A stretch of DNA of 63,545 nt, the filler included, from Thraustochytrium aureum (taxonomy: Eukaryota), in NCBI GenBank assembly GCA_012862495.1. It is 8 parts of 5 records of this genome, joined end to end, with 100 filler letters (N's around TTAATTAATTAA, not from the genome) between each part and the next. Parts side by side here need not be neighbours in the genome. Positions count along the whole stretch, not along the records: positions 1 to 28,023 come from BLSG01000219.1; 7 more parts are not named here. One strand, given 5' to 3'. The notes under the pieces were generated by a model. The model was not told the origin of the DNA, did no database searches, and was given only the letters and a program-made list of their open reading frames with translations. Shown here one piece after another: positions 11,633-22,680 of this stretch (position 1 is its first letter; every line of letters begins with the position of its first letter). Made by a program: the position numbers and the translations under genes.

Positions 11633-12812
11633 ATGAGCCCGAACAACAATGCCTCATTCAGTGTCGTCGGCACGCCGTTCGAGCCCTGGGGCGGGTTCGT
11701 CAACTGCACAGCCGAGTCGGACTGCGTTGCTGCTGCCACTCTCGACGTGGGCGAGATGAGTGGGTGCGTGCAGTTCCTCCCCGGCGTCCCTGAAGGAGTG
11801 CCACTTGGTCAATTTTGCACCTGCAAGATCATGTACCTACGCTCTGGACCTGATTGCAGAGTGCAGGGGAAGAATGGGGGCCTTATGGGAGCGCTGATGA
11901 TCTTCCCTGTCAGTCTCTCGTTATTCGTCTTCTTCCGCATCCTCCTCGCGCTGATCAAAGCGAAACGCGGCGGGGTCCTCCGCATGGACGCCGCTGGGAC
12001 GACGGTCATGACGTGCTTGATCTGCTCGATGATGACGGTCTCTTGGACGATTTCCCGCGGCTTGCTTTTCTTTGGGTCCAACGTGTACACAATAAACGTG
12101 GTTAGCGCTGGGCTTTCCGCTGCCGCTGCAGCTGTCGCCATGTCGGTTTGTACCCTGGTGTGGCAAGAGGTGCTCAGCTCGACCAAGCGGATGCAGCGCG
12201 GTTCCAACACCAAGGTCATCTCCACTCAAAGCAAGGTCATGGTTTTCGTCTCGAGCGCGCTGCTGACCGGAGCCGTGGTGTTTTTCGCTGCCAGAGGGCT
12301 CACTGGGAACGCCTCCCTCGTTTGCCTCGTCTACTATGTTCTGCTTGTCATTGTTTACACTTACAACGGACGGCAGCTGGGCAAGCTCATCAACTCGACA
12401 AATCCAGACGCAAAATCCAGTGACAAGCGCACTGAGGTGGCAGTCAAGCGCATCCACATGGTGATCCGCCACATGCAGGTGTTTGTGCTCTTCTTTGTTT
12501 TGTCCGCGCTTATCTACAGCGCAAACAACACGGACAAGAAGACGGCTGCGCTCACACCGCCCATCGCCGCCACCATCGGCCTCGAGGGCATGATGATCAT
12601 GCTGAGCCTGTGCATTAAATGGATCGCTGACTACGCCGTCAAGCCGATCGTGGCGCGCCTCAAGGTGGTTNNNNNNNNNNNNNNNNNNNNNNNNNNNNNN
12701 NNNNNNNNNNNNNNNNNNNNNNNNNNNNNNNNNNNNNNNNNNNTCCAGCTTGACGGCCTCTGTCCATCCCACATCAACGGACACCAACACCGGAACGGTC
12801 GTGGACAAGTAG
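11633..12812 (+). CDS. Orphan 7-TM receptor-like protein, copy 1 (Cys-rich N-terminal domain)
   Basis: FEPWGGFVNC motif, 6 Cys, 7 hydrophobic segments, MSVCTLVWQEV. The C-terminal tail SSLTASVHPTSTDTNTGTVVDK* resumes after a small gap (TAG 12810-12812). Confidence 0.8.
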
Positions 12813-13981
12813 GCAAGTTGGCGACCCGCCGCCCTGTGCCAGGAAGGGATGCACAGCCCAGCCCGCCCCTTTGGCCTCATGAAGCCGCGCTCGGCTGCAC
12901 GAAAGCCCCGGCGCCGTGGGCAACTCACGTTTATAAGAAACGAAACATAAATAAAGAAAGGAGGAAACCTCGAGAGGATTCATGGGCCTTTGAATCCTTG
13001 CGCCAAACCAACTCGGCACGCTGCAGGCTTGCCTGTCCGTTTTCCGAGCAGAGAGATTCCCAGCTGTTGAGAGCGCGAGGAGGCTATCGAGCCATTGTGC
13101 CAACGACTTTCATCTCTTCCAAGTGGACGAGAGGAAGGCCCTTTTTCACACGCACGCACGGCAGCGGCCACCAGCCAACTCTTCGCTATCGCCACGCGGA
13201 AACCTGTAGAGAGAGTTCATGTTTCGCTCAACAGCACGGCGCGCCCAAAGAACCATTTATTTCTGTGAGCACCATTTTCTGTACTACCGCAGAAGTGTTG
13301 GCGGCCTACGGGAATCGATTTACTCTCTGCTAATCTTCTCTAGCAAGAGTGTCTCTGGCCCCTATGGCCTTGCCGCTTCCGAAGCAAGCCCTGCGCCTTC
13401 AGGTAGGGCCCAACGCCATGCCAAGTCGCGTGAACCATCGATGCTGCTCGAATTCACCGCTTCCTCAGTTATACAGCAGTTGTCTGTCGCAGTCAATCAA
13501 TCAAATCAGCAGAAAAGTGAGTGGAGGCCGTCTCTGGAAAACGTCCGGTGGCCGCAAGCCGGTGAGAGCGCTACTCTTTTCGAGGCGCCGACTGCTGCCG
13601 TCGCACTGCAATTCAACGGACATAGAGCCGTTGACGGATTCGAAACCATGCCGCTTTGCGACGGTTTCCATGAGACCAAAGAGACGGCCAGTTTGCGACC
13701 AAAACAGCGTGCATGCGTGCCAGCACGTGTGCCGACGCCACCTCACTCTATACAAACGATTATGTCGCCTCCACATCTACACCTCACCCTGGCTCTCCTC
13801 TCAAGTAGCTAGAGATGCAGGTTTCCTCGGAGATGGCGCGACTAGTCGCACTACCCAGCAGACCAGCAAAAGACAGTGCAACGAGCGCACGACGAGCAGA
13901 GCAAGGACGTGAAGCACCGTTGCCGGTCCGGACCCTATTGCAAGACATTCCAAAAGACAAGGCCGCTCGGGAGCCGAAACC

Positions 13982-15085
13982 ATGGCCTCGATCAGCAACA
14001 CCAGCGCTGGGGTCCACAACACGCCGTTCGAGCCTTGGGGCGGCTTTGTCGCCTGCAACACCGGACAAGACTGTTTCGACGCCGTCCTGGGCGCCGTGGC
14101 TGAGCCGGAGATGACCTCGTGCCTTCTCGTGCTTGAGGGCACCGTGAAAGACTTGCCCGAGGCAAAGTACTGCGCATGCACGATTATGTACGCTCGAACT
14201 GGAGCGAACTGCACGATTCGGCTACCGATCGCCGACGTGTTTGGCTGGCTCCAAATGATCCCAATTGCAGTGGCTGTGTTCGTGGCTGGCCGAATCCTCC
14301 ACAAAGTGGCAAAAGCACATCGCGGAGGGGTGCTCCGAGTGGACGCCGCAGGAGTCACGGTCTTGACTTGCATGGTCTGCTCGGTTCTAAACCTGTCCTG
14401 GACGGTCGCATACGGCATGGCTCGCTTTGGCATAAATGCCATCAAGATCGAGAATCTATCCGCAGGGCTTTCCGCCGCTGCGGCAGGCATCGCCATGTCG
14501 GTGTGCACGTTGGTTTGGCAAGAGGTGCTCCACGCAACCAAGCGGATGCAAGCTGGAGCGAATAAGCAGGTCATCTCCACACGCAGCAAGGTCTTGGTCG
14601 CTGTTTCGTCCGCCGCTCTCTCCTGCGCTGTGGTTGTTCTAATTTATGAAAACAATAGCGGAGCCGCTTCTCTGGTGGCTGTCAGCTTTTACGTCGTGCT
14701 CGCCATCGTGTACACGTACAACGGACGGAAACTTTGCAGCCTCCTCGAATCTACGAACAGCCAGAGCCCCGCGGGGGGTGGGTCGGCTAGAACTGACCAG
14801 GCCCTCAAGCGCATCTACAAAGTGGTTCGTCGCGTCCAGATTTTCACGGTCGTTTTCATCATCATCGCTCTCCTCTACACCGCCACCAGCACAGACCAAA
14901 GCACCAGTTCTTTAACCCCGCCAATCCTCTCGCTCCTTGCGATTAAAGGCATGATGATCATGATATGTTTCTGTGTCAAGTGGATCGCAGATTACGCAGC
15001 CCAGCCGATCCTGGCTCGCCTCGAGTCAAGCACAGGGCGCTCGTCGAAAGCCACCGTGCAGCCAACATCAATGGATGACAAGTAA
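13982..15085 (+). CDS. Orphan 7-TM receptor-like protein, copy 2 (intact, 367 aa)
   Basis: Complete intronless ORF with the same motifs as copy 1. Confidence 0.85.
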   Translation: MASISNTSAGVHNTPFEPWGGFVACNTGQDCFDAVLGAVAEPEMTSCLLVLEGTVKDLPEAKYCACTIMYARTGANCTIRLPIADVFGWLQMIPIAVAVFVAGRILHKVAKAHRGGVLRVDAAGVTVLTCMVCSVLNLSWTVAYGMARFGINAIKIENLSAGLSAAAAGIAMSVCTLVWQEVLHATKRMQAGANKQVISTRSKVLVAVSSAALSCAVVVLIYENNSGAASLVAVSFYVVLAIVYTYNGRKLCSLLESTNSQSPAGGGSARTDQALKRIYKVVRRVQIFTVVFIIIALLYTATSTDQSTSSLTPPILSLLAIKGMMIMICFCVKWIADYAAQPILARLESSTGRSSKATVQPTSMDDK

Positions 15086-15432
15086 AGCATTGCGTTGCGC
15101 CAAGGTGAGCTTTTTAAACTTTTGAAATCACGTTCCTTCGCCGGTCAGGGGTCAAACGTGGGGCATTGTAGGCGCCGCGGCAGTCGTTGCGCAGGTTTTT
15201 TTTCATCTCCACTTTCAAAGCAGCACAAGCTTTGTGGGATCCAATGAACCGCAAGTGGGACATCTCGTTTCGGTTCGACAGCGTCTCCGATACACAGAGG
15301 AGTAAGGCACGGCCGAGCTTTGTGCCGGGTTTGGTCGCCCTCCGTGCCTAGCGGCGATGCTCCCCATCGGAGTTGCCCGAGTCCTGAGAGACTGCCCAAA
15401 CTGTACCCCGTACCCGAGTAGAATGTGGAAAG

Positions 15433-15630
15433 TCGTGCTTTTTTTGCTTTTTTAAAAGTGGATCGCCCGCCGGTGATGCTATCCAGCCAATCCTGGCTCG
15501 CCTCGAGTCAAGCTCCGGACGGATGCCCAAGGCCACGGTGCAGCCAGCCTCCGGTGGCAGTAGATCCAAGCCCGCAAAGTACGAGCTGAGCACCTCGAGC
15601 ACGATGACAACCCAACCCCGTTATTTGTTA
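15433..15630 (+). pseudogene. Decayed 3'-end remnant of the 7-TM gene family
   Basis: AAGTGGATCGCC...CAGCCAATCCTGGCTCGCCTCGAGTCAAGCTCCGGACGGATGCCCAAGGCCACGGTGCAGCCA closely matches the KWIA..QPILARLESSSGRMSKATVQP end of copies 2 and 3. No upstream coding sequence is visible. Confidence 0.7.
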
Positions 15631-16625
15631 AAACCGCACTGGTTCCGCGCCGTCGGGGTGCATTGAAGCTGTACGGTGGTACCGCGTCGGCCTCTTCGGG
15701 AACCCTGATGGCTTTTTGCACAACGCATCGGCGGAGCTGACACTTCGTGCTTCAGGAGGCGCAGGATAGAGAGTCTGGGTTTTAAGGCCTCCGCTTTGCT
15801 GGTTGAAGGGCGCGCTGATTGCATCCGCGGGACAACAAAACTTTCAACTAGCCGTTGGCACGTTGTCCGTTGAGTTGTTGACAAACGGACCTCGGCGCCG
15901 CCGAGGCGAGCGCGCCTCGCCGATCGATTGCAACAGCTGCGCTAGATTGCCGCGCCACACTTTATAGAGTCAAATGATGAAACGCCTTGTCGCTGGGGAG
16001 GTCGCCGCCTCAATCTCGGACGGAAACTTTTGTGGTAGCGAAGGCCAGATCTGTCGAAGGCGGAGTGGAGAATCTCTACGTTGCTCTCACATGCTGAAGC
16101 TTCGACATGTGCATCATTTGCATCGGTTCGAGGATGCTGATAGTGTCACGCCGTGCAACACCTGCGACATACTCTGAGCCTTTGCATCGTTTGAAATCAG
16201 CGCTTTATTGGGCAAGCACGACCTTTTCTTTTCCTTTCCTTGCTCGAATGGTAAGGCACCTCCGCGCCTTGGAAACGCATCCCGAAGAGGCCGGACACTT
16301 TTTCGAAACGGCACGAGGCGCGTTCGGAGCCTCTGTAATGTTGCTACACGTCGTCCATCCGTTAACTTGCTCTCCCTTCCAGCTCCCCCTTCCAGCTCTA
16401 TTGTGCCCTTCTTGCTCGGGCGCTTCACTCGGCCACAGCACTGGAGCAAGAGCCCCTTGATGTACCGGATCGAAGCGCCAAGGCCCCTGCGCTGGTAGAA
16501 CCTGAATCGTTTTGCATTTCTCCGCACGAGTGTCCGGGCACAGGCAAGCGGCGCGAAGAAGTGTAGACGCACGATCAGCAAGTCGTTCCACTCGTGCAGG
16601 TCGCACAGGAGCAGAAGGAAGGACA

Positions 16626-17758
16626 ATGGCTGCGATCAGCAACACCAGCGCTGGGGTTGAAAACACGTCGCTTCAGCCTTGGGGCGGCTTTTTGGCCTGC
16701 AGCACCGAGCTGGACTGCGTTGAATCAGCACTGGGCCAAGTTGGTCAAATGAGCACATGCGTTCTTGTGCTTGAGGGCACCGTGGACGGCTTGCCCGAGG
16801 CAAAGTATTGCTCGTGCAAGATTCTGTTCGCTCGAACCGGACTAGACTGTAACACGCGGATGCCAATCGCCGACGTGCTGGGAGGGCTCCAAATGATCCC
16901 CATCGCTCTGGCTTTGTTCGTAGCTGGTCGAATCCTGCACAAGGTGGTCAAAGCGCGTCTCGGCGGGGTGCTGCGTGCAGACGCCGCGGGAACCACGGTC
17001 TTGACTTGCATGGTCTGCTCGATACTGAACCTGATCTGGACGATCTCGCGCGGCATGGTTTGCTTTGGCTTTAGTGACGTCAGAGTTAGCAAGTTGCTGC
17101 AGGTGTTTCCGCGGCTGCAGCAGGTATCGCCATGTCTGTGTGCACTTTGGTTTGGCAGGAGGTGCTCCATGCAACCAAGCGCATGCAAACTGGAGCGAAC
17201 AAACGCGCCATTTCGACGAGGAGCAAGATTTTGGTCGCTTTTTCCTCTGCGCTGCTCTCTGGCACCGCGATCTCCTTAATCTTTGCGGGCATGAGCGGGC
17301 TCGCTTCGCTCGTCTGCGTCGGCTACTACATCATACTGGGGTTCGTGTACACCTATAGTGGGCGGGAGCTTGGCAAGCTACTTGAATCGGTTGGCGGTGA
17401 AAGCCCGGCAAATGGCGGGGGCAATCGAACAGCTCAGGCCCTCAAGCGCGTGTACCAGGTTGTGCGCCACACGCAAATCTTTGCGGTCCTTTTCGTCGCC
17501 TTTGCACTTCTCTACACCGTAACCAGCACAGACCAAAAGACCACAACCTTCATCCCGCCAATCGCCTCGGTCATCGCAATCGAGGGCATGATGGTCATGC
17601 TTTGCTTTTGCGTCAAGTGGATCGCCGACTACGCCGTCCAGCCGATCCTCGCCCGCCTCGAGTCAAGTTCCGGGCGCATGTCGAAGGCCACGGTGCAGCC
17701 AACCACCATCGATTGCAAGACCAGTGCTACTCGCAGGACAGGCTCTGACCAGAACTGA
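16626..17758 (+). CDS. Orphan 7-TM receptor-like protein, copy 3 (frameshift at ~17085-17110)
   Basis: MAAISNTSAGVENTSLQPWGGFLAC... continues in ORF 17132-17758 (MSVCTLVWQEV...KWIADYAVQPILARLESS). Confidence 0.8.
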
Positions 17759-18321
17759 ATTGCATGTCTGTCAAGTGTTTCGTTCCGAGGTTGGTTTCAA
17801 ATTCTCTTTGCGTCCTTATTCTCGACCAAGCACATACATGCCTAGAGCTGTTTCTATGATACGCGCACGTGACCCAAATGCACGGGGGGTGCGGGTTTAC
17901 AGTGCGAGTTTGCTAGTTGGAGTTGCTCGATTACCGTGTCCTCGAGCGCGAGGCCCGGGCAGCGCGGGTGCGCGGCTGCTCGCAGTTCGTTTGATGTTTC
18001 TCGGCCCTCGCTTGTGCCGTGCGCCTTGCGATTTTATGCTTGCACGCCTGGGTGCTGCGGACAAACTCGGTTGCCATTTGCAACCGCGTGTTTGCCACGA
18101 TCCCGGCGACCAACTCGAGTCGCGAAACGTCCGCCATCCAGCCAGATCATGGTGCCGAACTCATCGTAGGACAAAAAGGTGTCCGTTGAAGCCCCACCCC
18201 TACTTTCCGGCTTGCGTTGTTTATCGACAACATCTCGTGCTTGCACCGCGCCTCTGCAACCTACCTATTAGTTGGTTGGCTCTGGCTTTTCCGCGGCGAG
18301 AATCATTCCTCGTTGGCTTCA

Positions 18322-18378
18322 TTTTGGCGAGAGCGACGGTTTTCGGCGAGAGCGACGGTTTTTGGCGAGAGCGACGGT
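18322..18378. repeat. 19-bp tandem repeat, 3 copies
   Basis: TTT(T/C)GGCGAGAGCGACGGT three times. Confidence 0.85.
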
Positions 18379-18815
18379 AGGCCTTCAACTTGTGGAAAAC
18401 CATCGCCTCTGTTTTATGTGGCTGCAGCCTCGGAGGCGCACGACGCAGACACCCTAGTCTATCACGCGTCTCACACAACCCTTGGTCGACCGCGGCCGCA
18501 AAGAAGTCCTGCGCATCCTGGCGTTGCTCAACCGACAAATCATCGAGTTCGAGGGCGGCCGACAAAGTAGGGGGCTGCGCGGCCCCTGCGTTAGGCCTAC
18601 TTCTCTGGGATCCTGCAAACACTAGAAGAGGTGTCCGTTGGCCATCTTGCTTGCTCTTCTTTGACCAGAAGGTGGAAAACATCGACGCAAGCAAAAGGCC
18701 CACAGCCTGCGCGATAAGCAGTCACCAAACGGAAGACCAGCTCGAAAAGAAGAAATCCGGCCAACGCAAGGACCGCGAGCAGCGAAGCGATTTCACTGCA
18801 AGAGCATCCTTGCGG

Positions 18816-20006
18816 ATGGGGAACGACACCGACGCGACGGCGTTCGTGGGGACGCGATTCGAGCCGTGGCATGGCTTTGTCCCGTGCAACGTCNNNNNNN
18901 NNNNNNNNNNNNNNNNNNNNNNNNNNNNNNNNNNNNNNNNNNNNNNNNNNNNNNNNNNNNNNNNNNNNNNNNNNNNNNNNNNNNNNNNNNNNNNNNNNNN
19001 NNNNNNNNNNNNNNNNNNNNNNNNNNNNNNNNNNNNNNNNNNNNNNNNNNNNNNNNNNNNNNNNNNNNNNNNNNNNNNNNNNNNNNNNNNNNNNNNNNNN
19101 NNNNNNNNNNNNNNNNNNNNNNNNNNNNNNNNNNNNNNNNNNNNNNNNNNNNNNNNNNNNNNNNNNNNNNNNNNNNNNNNNNNNNNNNNNNNNNNNNNNN
19201 NNNNNNNNTAATCTTTTCTTGGCGTGGCGCGGAGGTTTCTTGAGGCGCAATGCGGTGACCACAACCATCGTGAGCTGCTTTTGTTGCTCCCTTTGCGCTT
19301 TAACATGGAATTCTGCGCGACTCGCACTTTGCTTCGACATCGAGGCTTACTCTTTAAACGTGGCTGCAGCGGGCATAACGGGTGCCGCAAACGCGATCTC
19401 CATGGCGATTTGCACCCTCGTCTGGCAGGAGGTGACGAGTTCGAGTAAGCGGCTCCAGAAGGGAACGACCAACAAGTCTGGCATCTCGTTCAAGTCCAAG
19501 CTGATCGTGGCTGTCTCAGCCATCGTGATCAGCACGACCATCTTGATCTTGATAATGCGCTCATTGACCGGGATGGCGTCCATTGTTGCTATTGTCTGCT
19601 ACATCATCGTTTTCATCGTCTATGCGCGCAGCGGCCACCTGCTGCGGAAGCTGATTGGGAGCACTGAGAGCGGCGAGACGGCAAGCAAGACGAGCGCTGC
19701 TGTCAAGCGCATCGAGTGGGTGATCAAACGGGTCAAGATTTTCGTGGTCCTCTTTCTCGTCGCTGGGGTCATGTACACGCTCACAACACGGAGAACAAGG
19801 CCAAGTCTACGAGCCCGTCGCCCATCGCCCCCATTGGCTTGATGATGATGCAGACCATGTCTTCGTTGGTCAACTTGTGGATCGGCGATTATGCTTCAGG
19901 GCCCCTTTTAGCCAAGGCCAAGCAAAGCCGGGTCAGCCCAGCGACGCAGAGTGAGGGTTTGTCGACGGGGCAGGGTTTGACCTCCGCCGCCACATCTACT
20001 GAATAG
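18816..20006 (+). CDS. Orphan 7-TM receptor-like protein, copy 4 (gap; frameshift at ~19789)
   Basis: MGNDTDATAFVGTRFEPWHGFVPC, then after the gap MAICTLVWQEVTSSSKRLQ...NLWIGDYASGPLLAK; stop TAG 20004-20006. Confidence 0.75.
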
Positions 20007-20408
20007 CTCCAGTTCCTGCTTAAGCGCCAGGCAATCTCTCGCCTTCGTGCAAGGGCATGAAGTTCGTTCATTTTTTCCTGATTTCAAGAGAAAGGAGAGT
20101 ATGCGATGTGACTTTGTGACTTTCGCTCGATGTTGACCTGCTTGTTGTTGATGGGACTTTGTGACTTTCGCTCGTGTTGCCCAACTTGTGTTTGCGCCCT
20201 GCGATCCAATCCCGCGCTGAAGCCGACCCAAGGAGGCCTGGGAATGCGCAATGTTTTTTCCTTGCTCATCAAGGCCTGCACGGGTATAGGATGTGTCCCT
20301 TGATTCAATCCACCACTTGTTGAGAAGCAGGCAAGTTCCGGCGCGTTGCCCGTGGTCCCGTGCCTTGGTTGCGCTGTTGCTTCTGAGGCTCGCCCTGCCC
20401 CGGAGTCC

Positions 20409-20480
20409 AAATCCAGCTGGTCTCGTGCGAGGACTGCCTGTCACAAATCCAGCTGGTCTCGTGCGAGGACTGCTTGTCGC
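20409..20480. repeat. 36-bp tandem duplication (2 copies)
   Basis: AAATCCAGCTGGTCTCGTGCGAGGACTGC(C/T)TGTC(A/G)C twice. Confidence 0.8.
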
Positions 20481-20593
20481 GCTGCGCTCTTGTCAAGAGG
20501 AAGCTGACAAAAGAACAGCATGCAGCGCGCCGCAAGCTATCTCTAGAGAAACACGGTACGACCAAGGCTCGGGTGATTGGGGCAAGCAGGCTG

Positions 20594-20695
20594 CTACTCT
20601 TCGCTCTAAAGCGGCCTGGACCACCTACTACTCTTCGCTCTAAAGCGGCCTGGACCACCTTCTACTCTTCGCTCTAAAGCGGCCTGGACCACCTG
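20594..20695. repeat. 34-bp tandem repeat, 3 copies
   Basis: CTACTCTTCGCTCTAAAGCGGCCTGGACCACCTN three times, with no spacers. Confidence 0.9.
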
Positions 20696-20819
20696 CGTTG
20701 ACCCGCAAGCGGGTATCGAAACTTGGTCCTGAATTTCCTATGTATGTGGAGTGCCACACCGAATCGCAAATCGAAAGTCGCATCGACAAGCTCTCTTCTC
20801 TTGAACATTAAACGAACTA

Positions 20820-21104
20820 CATGGCCTTATACGAGGTAGCGAGCTTTCAAGCGCGCTTGAGACGGCGGTACTCTCTGCGCGTAGCTCTAGCTAGAGCTTT
20901 TCTTGAAAATGGTGTTGTTAACCATGGACAACCCTTCACTTCCACATCAACCAGAGCGGGAGAGTACCGTTTGGGATAGACTCGCTTGAGTTTCCCCCTC
21001 GAGTTTGGTAGGGCTTCCACGAGCTTCCTCACGCGCCATCATGACGATGGAGCCTGGCGACGCTGTAGTGAGCGAAGTCGAGCGTTACATCGAAACAAGA
21101 AAGG
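20820..21104 (-). mobile_element. Possible degenerate non-LTR retrotransposon (LINE) fragment
   Basis: Short ORF containing CPWLTTPFSRKALARATRREYRRLKR, reminiscent of the PW..RR linker between LINE endonuclease and RT domains. Followed by stop codons. Confidence 0.25.
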
Positions 21105-21885
21105 NNNNNNNNNNNNNNNNNNNNNNNNNNNNNNNNNNNNNNNNNNNNNNNNNNNNNNNNNNNNNNNNNNNNNNNNNNNNNNNNNNNNNNNNNNNNNNNN
21201 NNNNNNNNNNNNNNNNNNNNNNNNNNNNNNNNNNNNNNNNNNNNNNNNNNNNNNNNNNNNNNNNNNNNNNNNNNNNNNNNNNNNNNNNNNNNNNNNNNNN
21301 NNNNNNNNNNNNNNNNNNNNNNNNNNNNNNNNNNNNNNNNNNNNNNNNNNNNNNNNNNNNNNNNNNNNNNNNNNNNNNNNNNNNNNNNNNNNNNNNNNNN
21401 NNNNNNNNNNNNNNNNNNNNNNNNNNNNNNNNNNNNNNNNNNNNNNNNNNNNNNNNNNNNNNNNNNNNNNNNNNNNNNNNNNNNNNNNNNNNNNNNNNNN
21501 NNNNNNNNNNNNNNNNNNNNNNNNNNNNNNNNNNNNNNNNNNNNNNNNNNNNNNNNNNNNNNNNNNNNNNNNNNNNNNNNNNNNNNNNNNNNNNNNNNNN
21601 NNNNNNNNNNNNNNNNNNNNNNNNNNNNNNNNNNNNNNNNNNNNNNNNNNNNNNNNNNNNNNNNNNNNNNNNNNNNNNNNNNNNNNNNNNNNNNNNNNNN
21701 NNNNNNNNNNNNNNNNNNNNNNNNNNNNNNNNNNNNNNNNNNNNNNNNNNNNNNNNNNNNNNNNNNNNNNNNNNNNNNNNNNNNNNNNNNNNNNNNNNNN
21801 NNNNNNNNNNNNNNNNNNNNNNNNNNNNNNNNNNNNNNNNNNNNNNNNNNNNNNNNNNNNNNNNNNNNNNNNNNNNNNNNNNNNA

Positions 21886-22680
21886 GATCTTGTTCTGATT
21901 TGGCGAGCCGGACTTTTGAAGCGCAATGCGGCAACCACAACGATCATCAGCTGCTTTTGTTGCTCCCTTTGCGCGTTGGCATGGAATGCATCGCGACTCA
22001 CTCTTTGCTTTGGCGTCGGGTCTTACACTTTCAGCGTCGCTGCAGCGGGCATAACGGGTGCCGCAAACGTGATCTCCATGGCGATTTGCACCCTCGTTTG
22101 GCAGGAGGTGACGAGTTCGAGTAAGCGGCTCCAGAAAATTACGGCCAACAAATCTGGTATCTCGTTCAAGTCCAAGCTGATTGTGGCTGTCTCAGCCGTC
22201 GTGATCAGCACTACTATCTTGGTCTTGATATCGAGTTCGCTGCACGGAGTGGCCTCCATTGTGGCCATTGTCTGCTATGTGGTTGTCGCCATTGTTTATG
22301 CGCGCAGCGGCCACCAGCTGCGCAAGCTGATTGGGAGCACTGAGAGCAGCGAGACGACAAGCAAGACGAACGCTGCAGTCAAACGCATCGAGCGAGTGAT
22401 CACTCGGGTCGAGGTTTTTGTGGTCCTCTTTATCATCGCTGCGGTCATGTACACGCTCACCAACACGGAGAACAAGGCAAAGTCCACCTACCCGTCGCCC
22501 CTCGCCCTCATTGGCTTGATGATGATGCAGACCATGTCTTCTTTGGTCAACCTGTGGATCGGCGAGTATGCTTCAGGTCCACTTTTAGCCAAGATCAAGC
22601 AAAGCCGGGAGACCAAGAGCGGGGTTTTGTCTGCGGCGCCGGGGTTCACCTCTTCTGCCTCCTCTGCCGAAAAGCTCTAG
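21886..22680 (+). CDS. Orphan 7-TM receptor-like protein, copy 5 (5' end in gap)
   Basis: Close paralog of copy 4: MAICTLVWQEVTSSSKRLQ, AAVKRIE, NLWIGEYASGPLLAK. Confidence 0.8.
   Translation, partial: DLVLIWRAGLLKRNAATTTIISCFCCSLCALAWNASRLTLCFGVGSYTFSVAAAGITGAANVISMAICTLVWQEVTSSSKRLQKITANKSGISFKSKLIVAVSAVVISTTILVLISSSLHGVASIVAIVCYVVVAIVYARSGHQLRKLIGSTESSETTSKTNAAVKRIERVITRVEVFVVLFIIAAVMYTLTNTENKAKSTYPSPLALIGLMMMQTMSSLVNLWIGEYASGPLLAKIKQSRETKSGVLSAAPGFTSSASSAEKL

Noticed and set aside
20594..20695. Mini-CRISPR
   Set aside because: Three abutting copies with no spacers; a simple tandem repeat.
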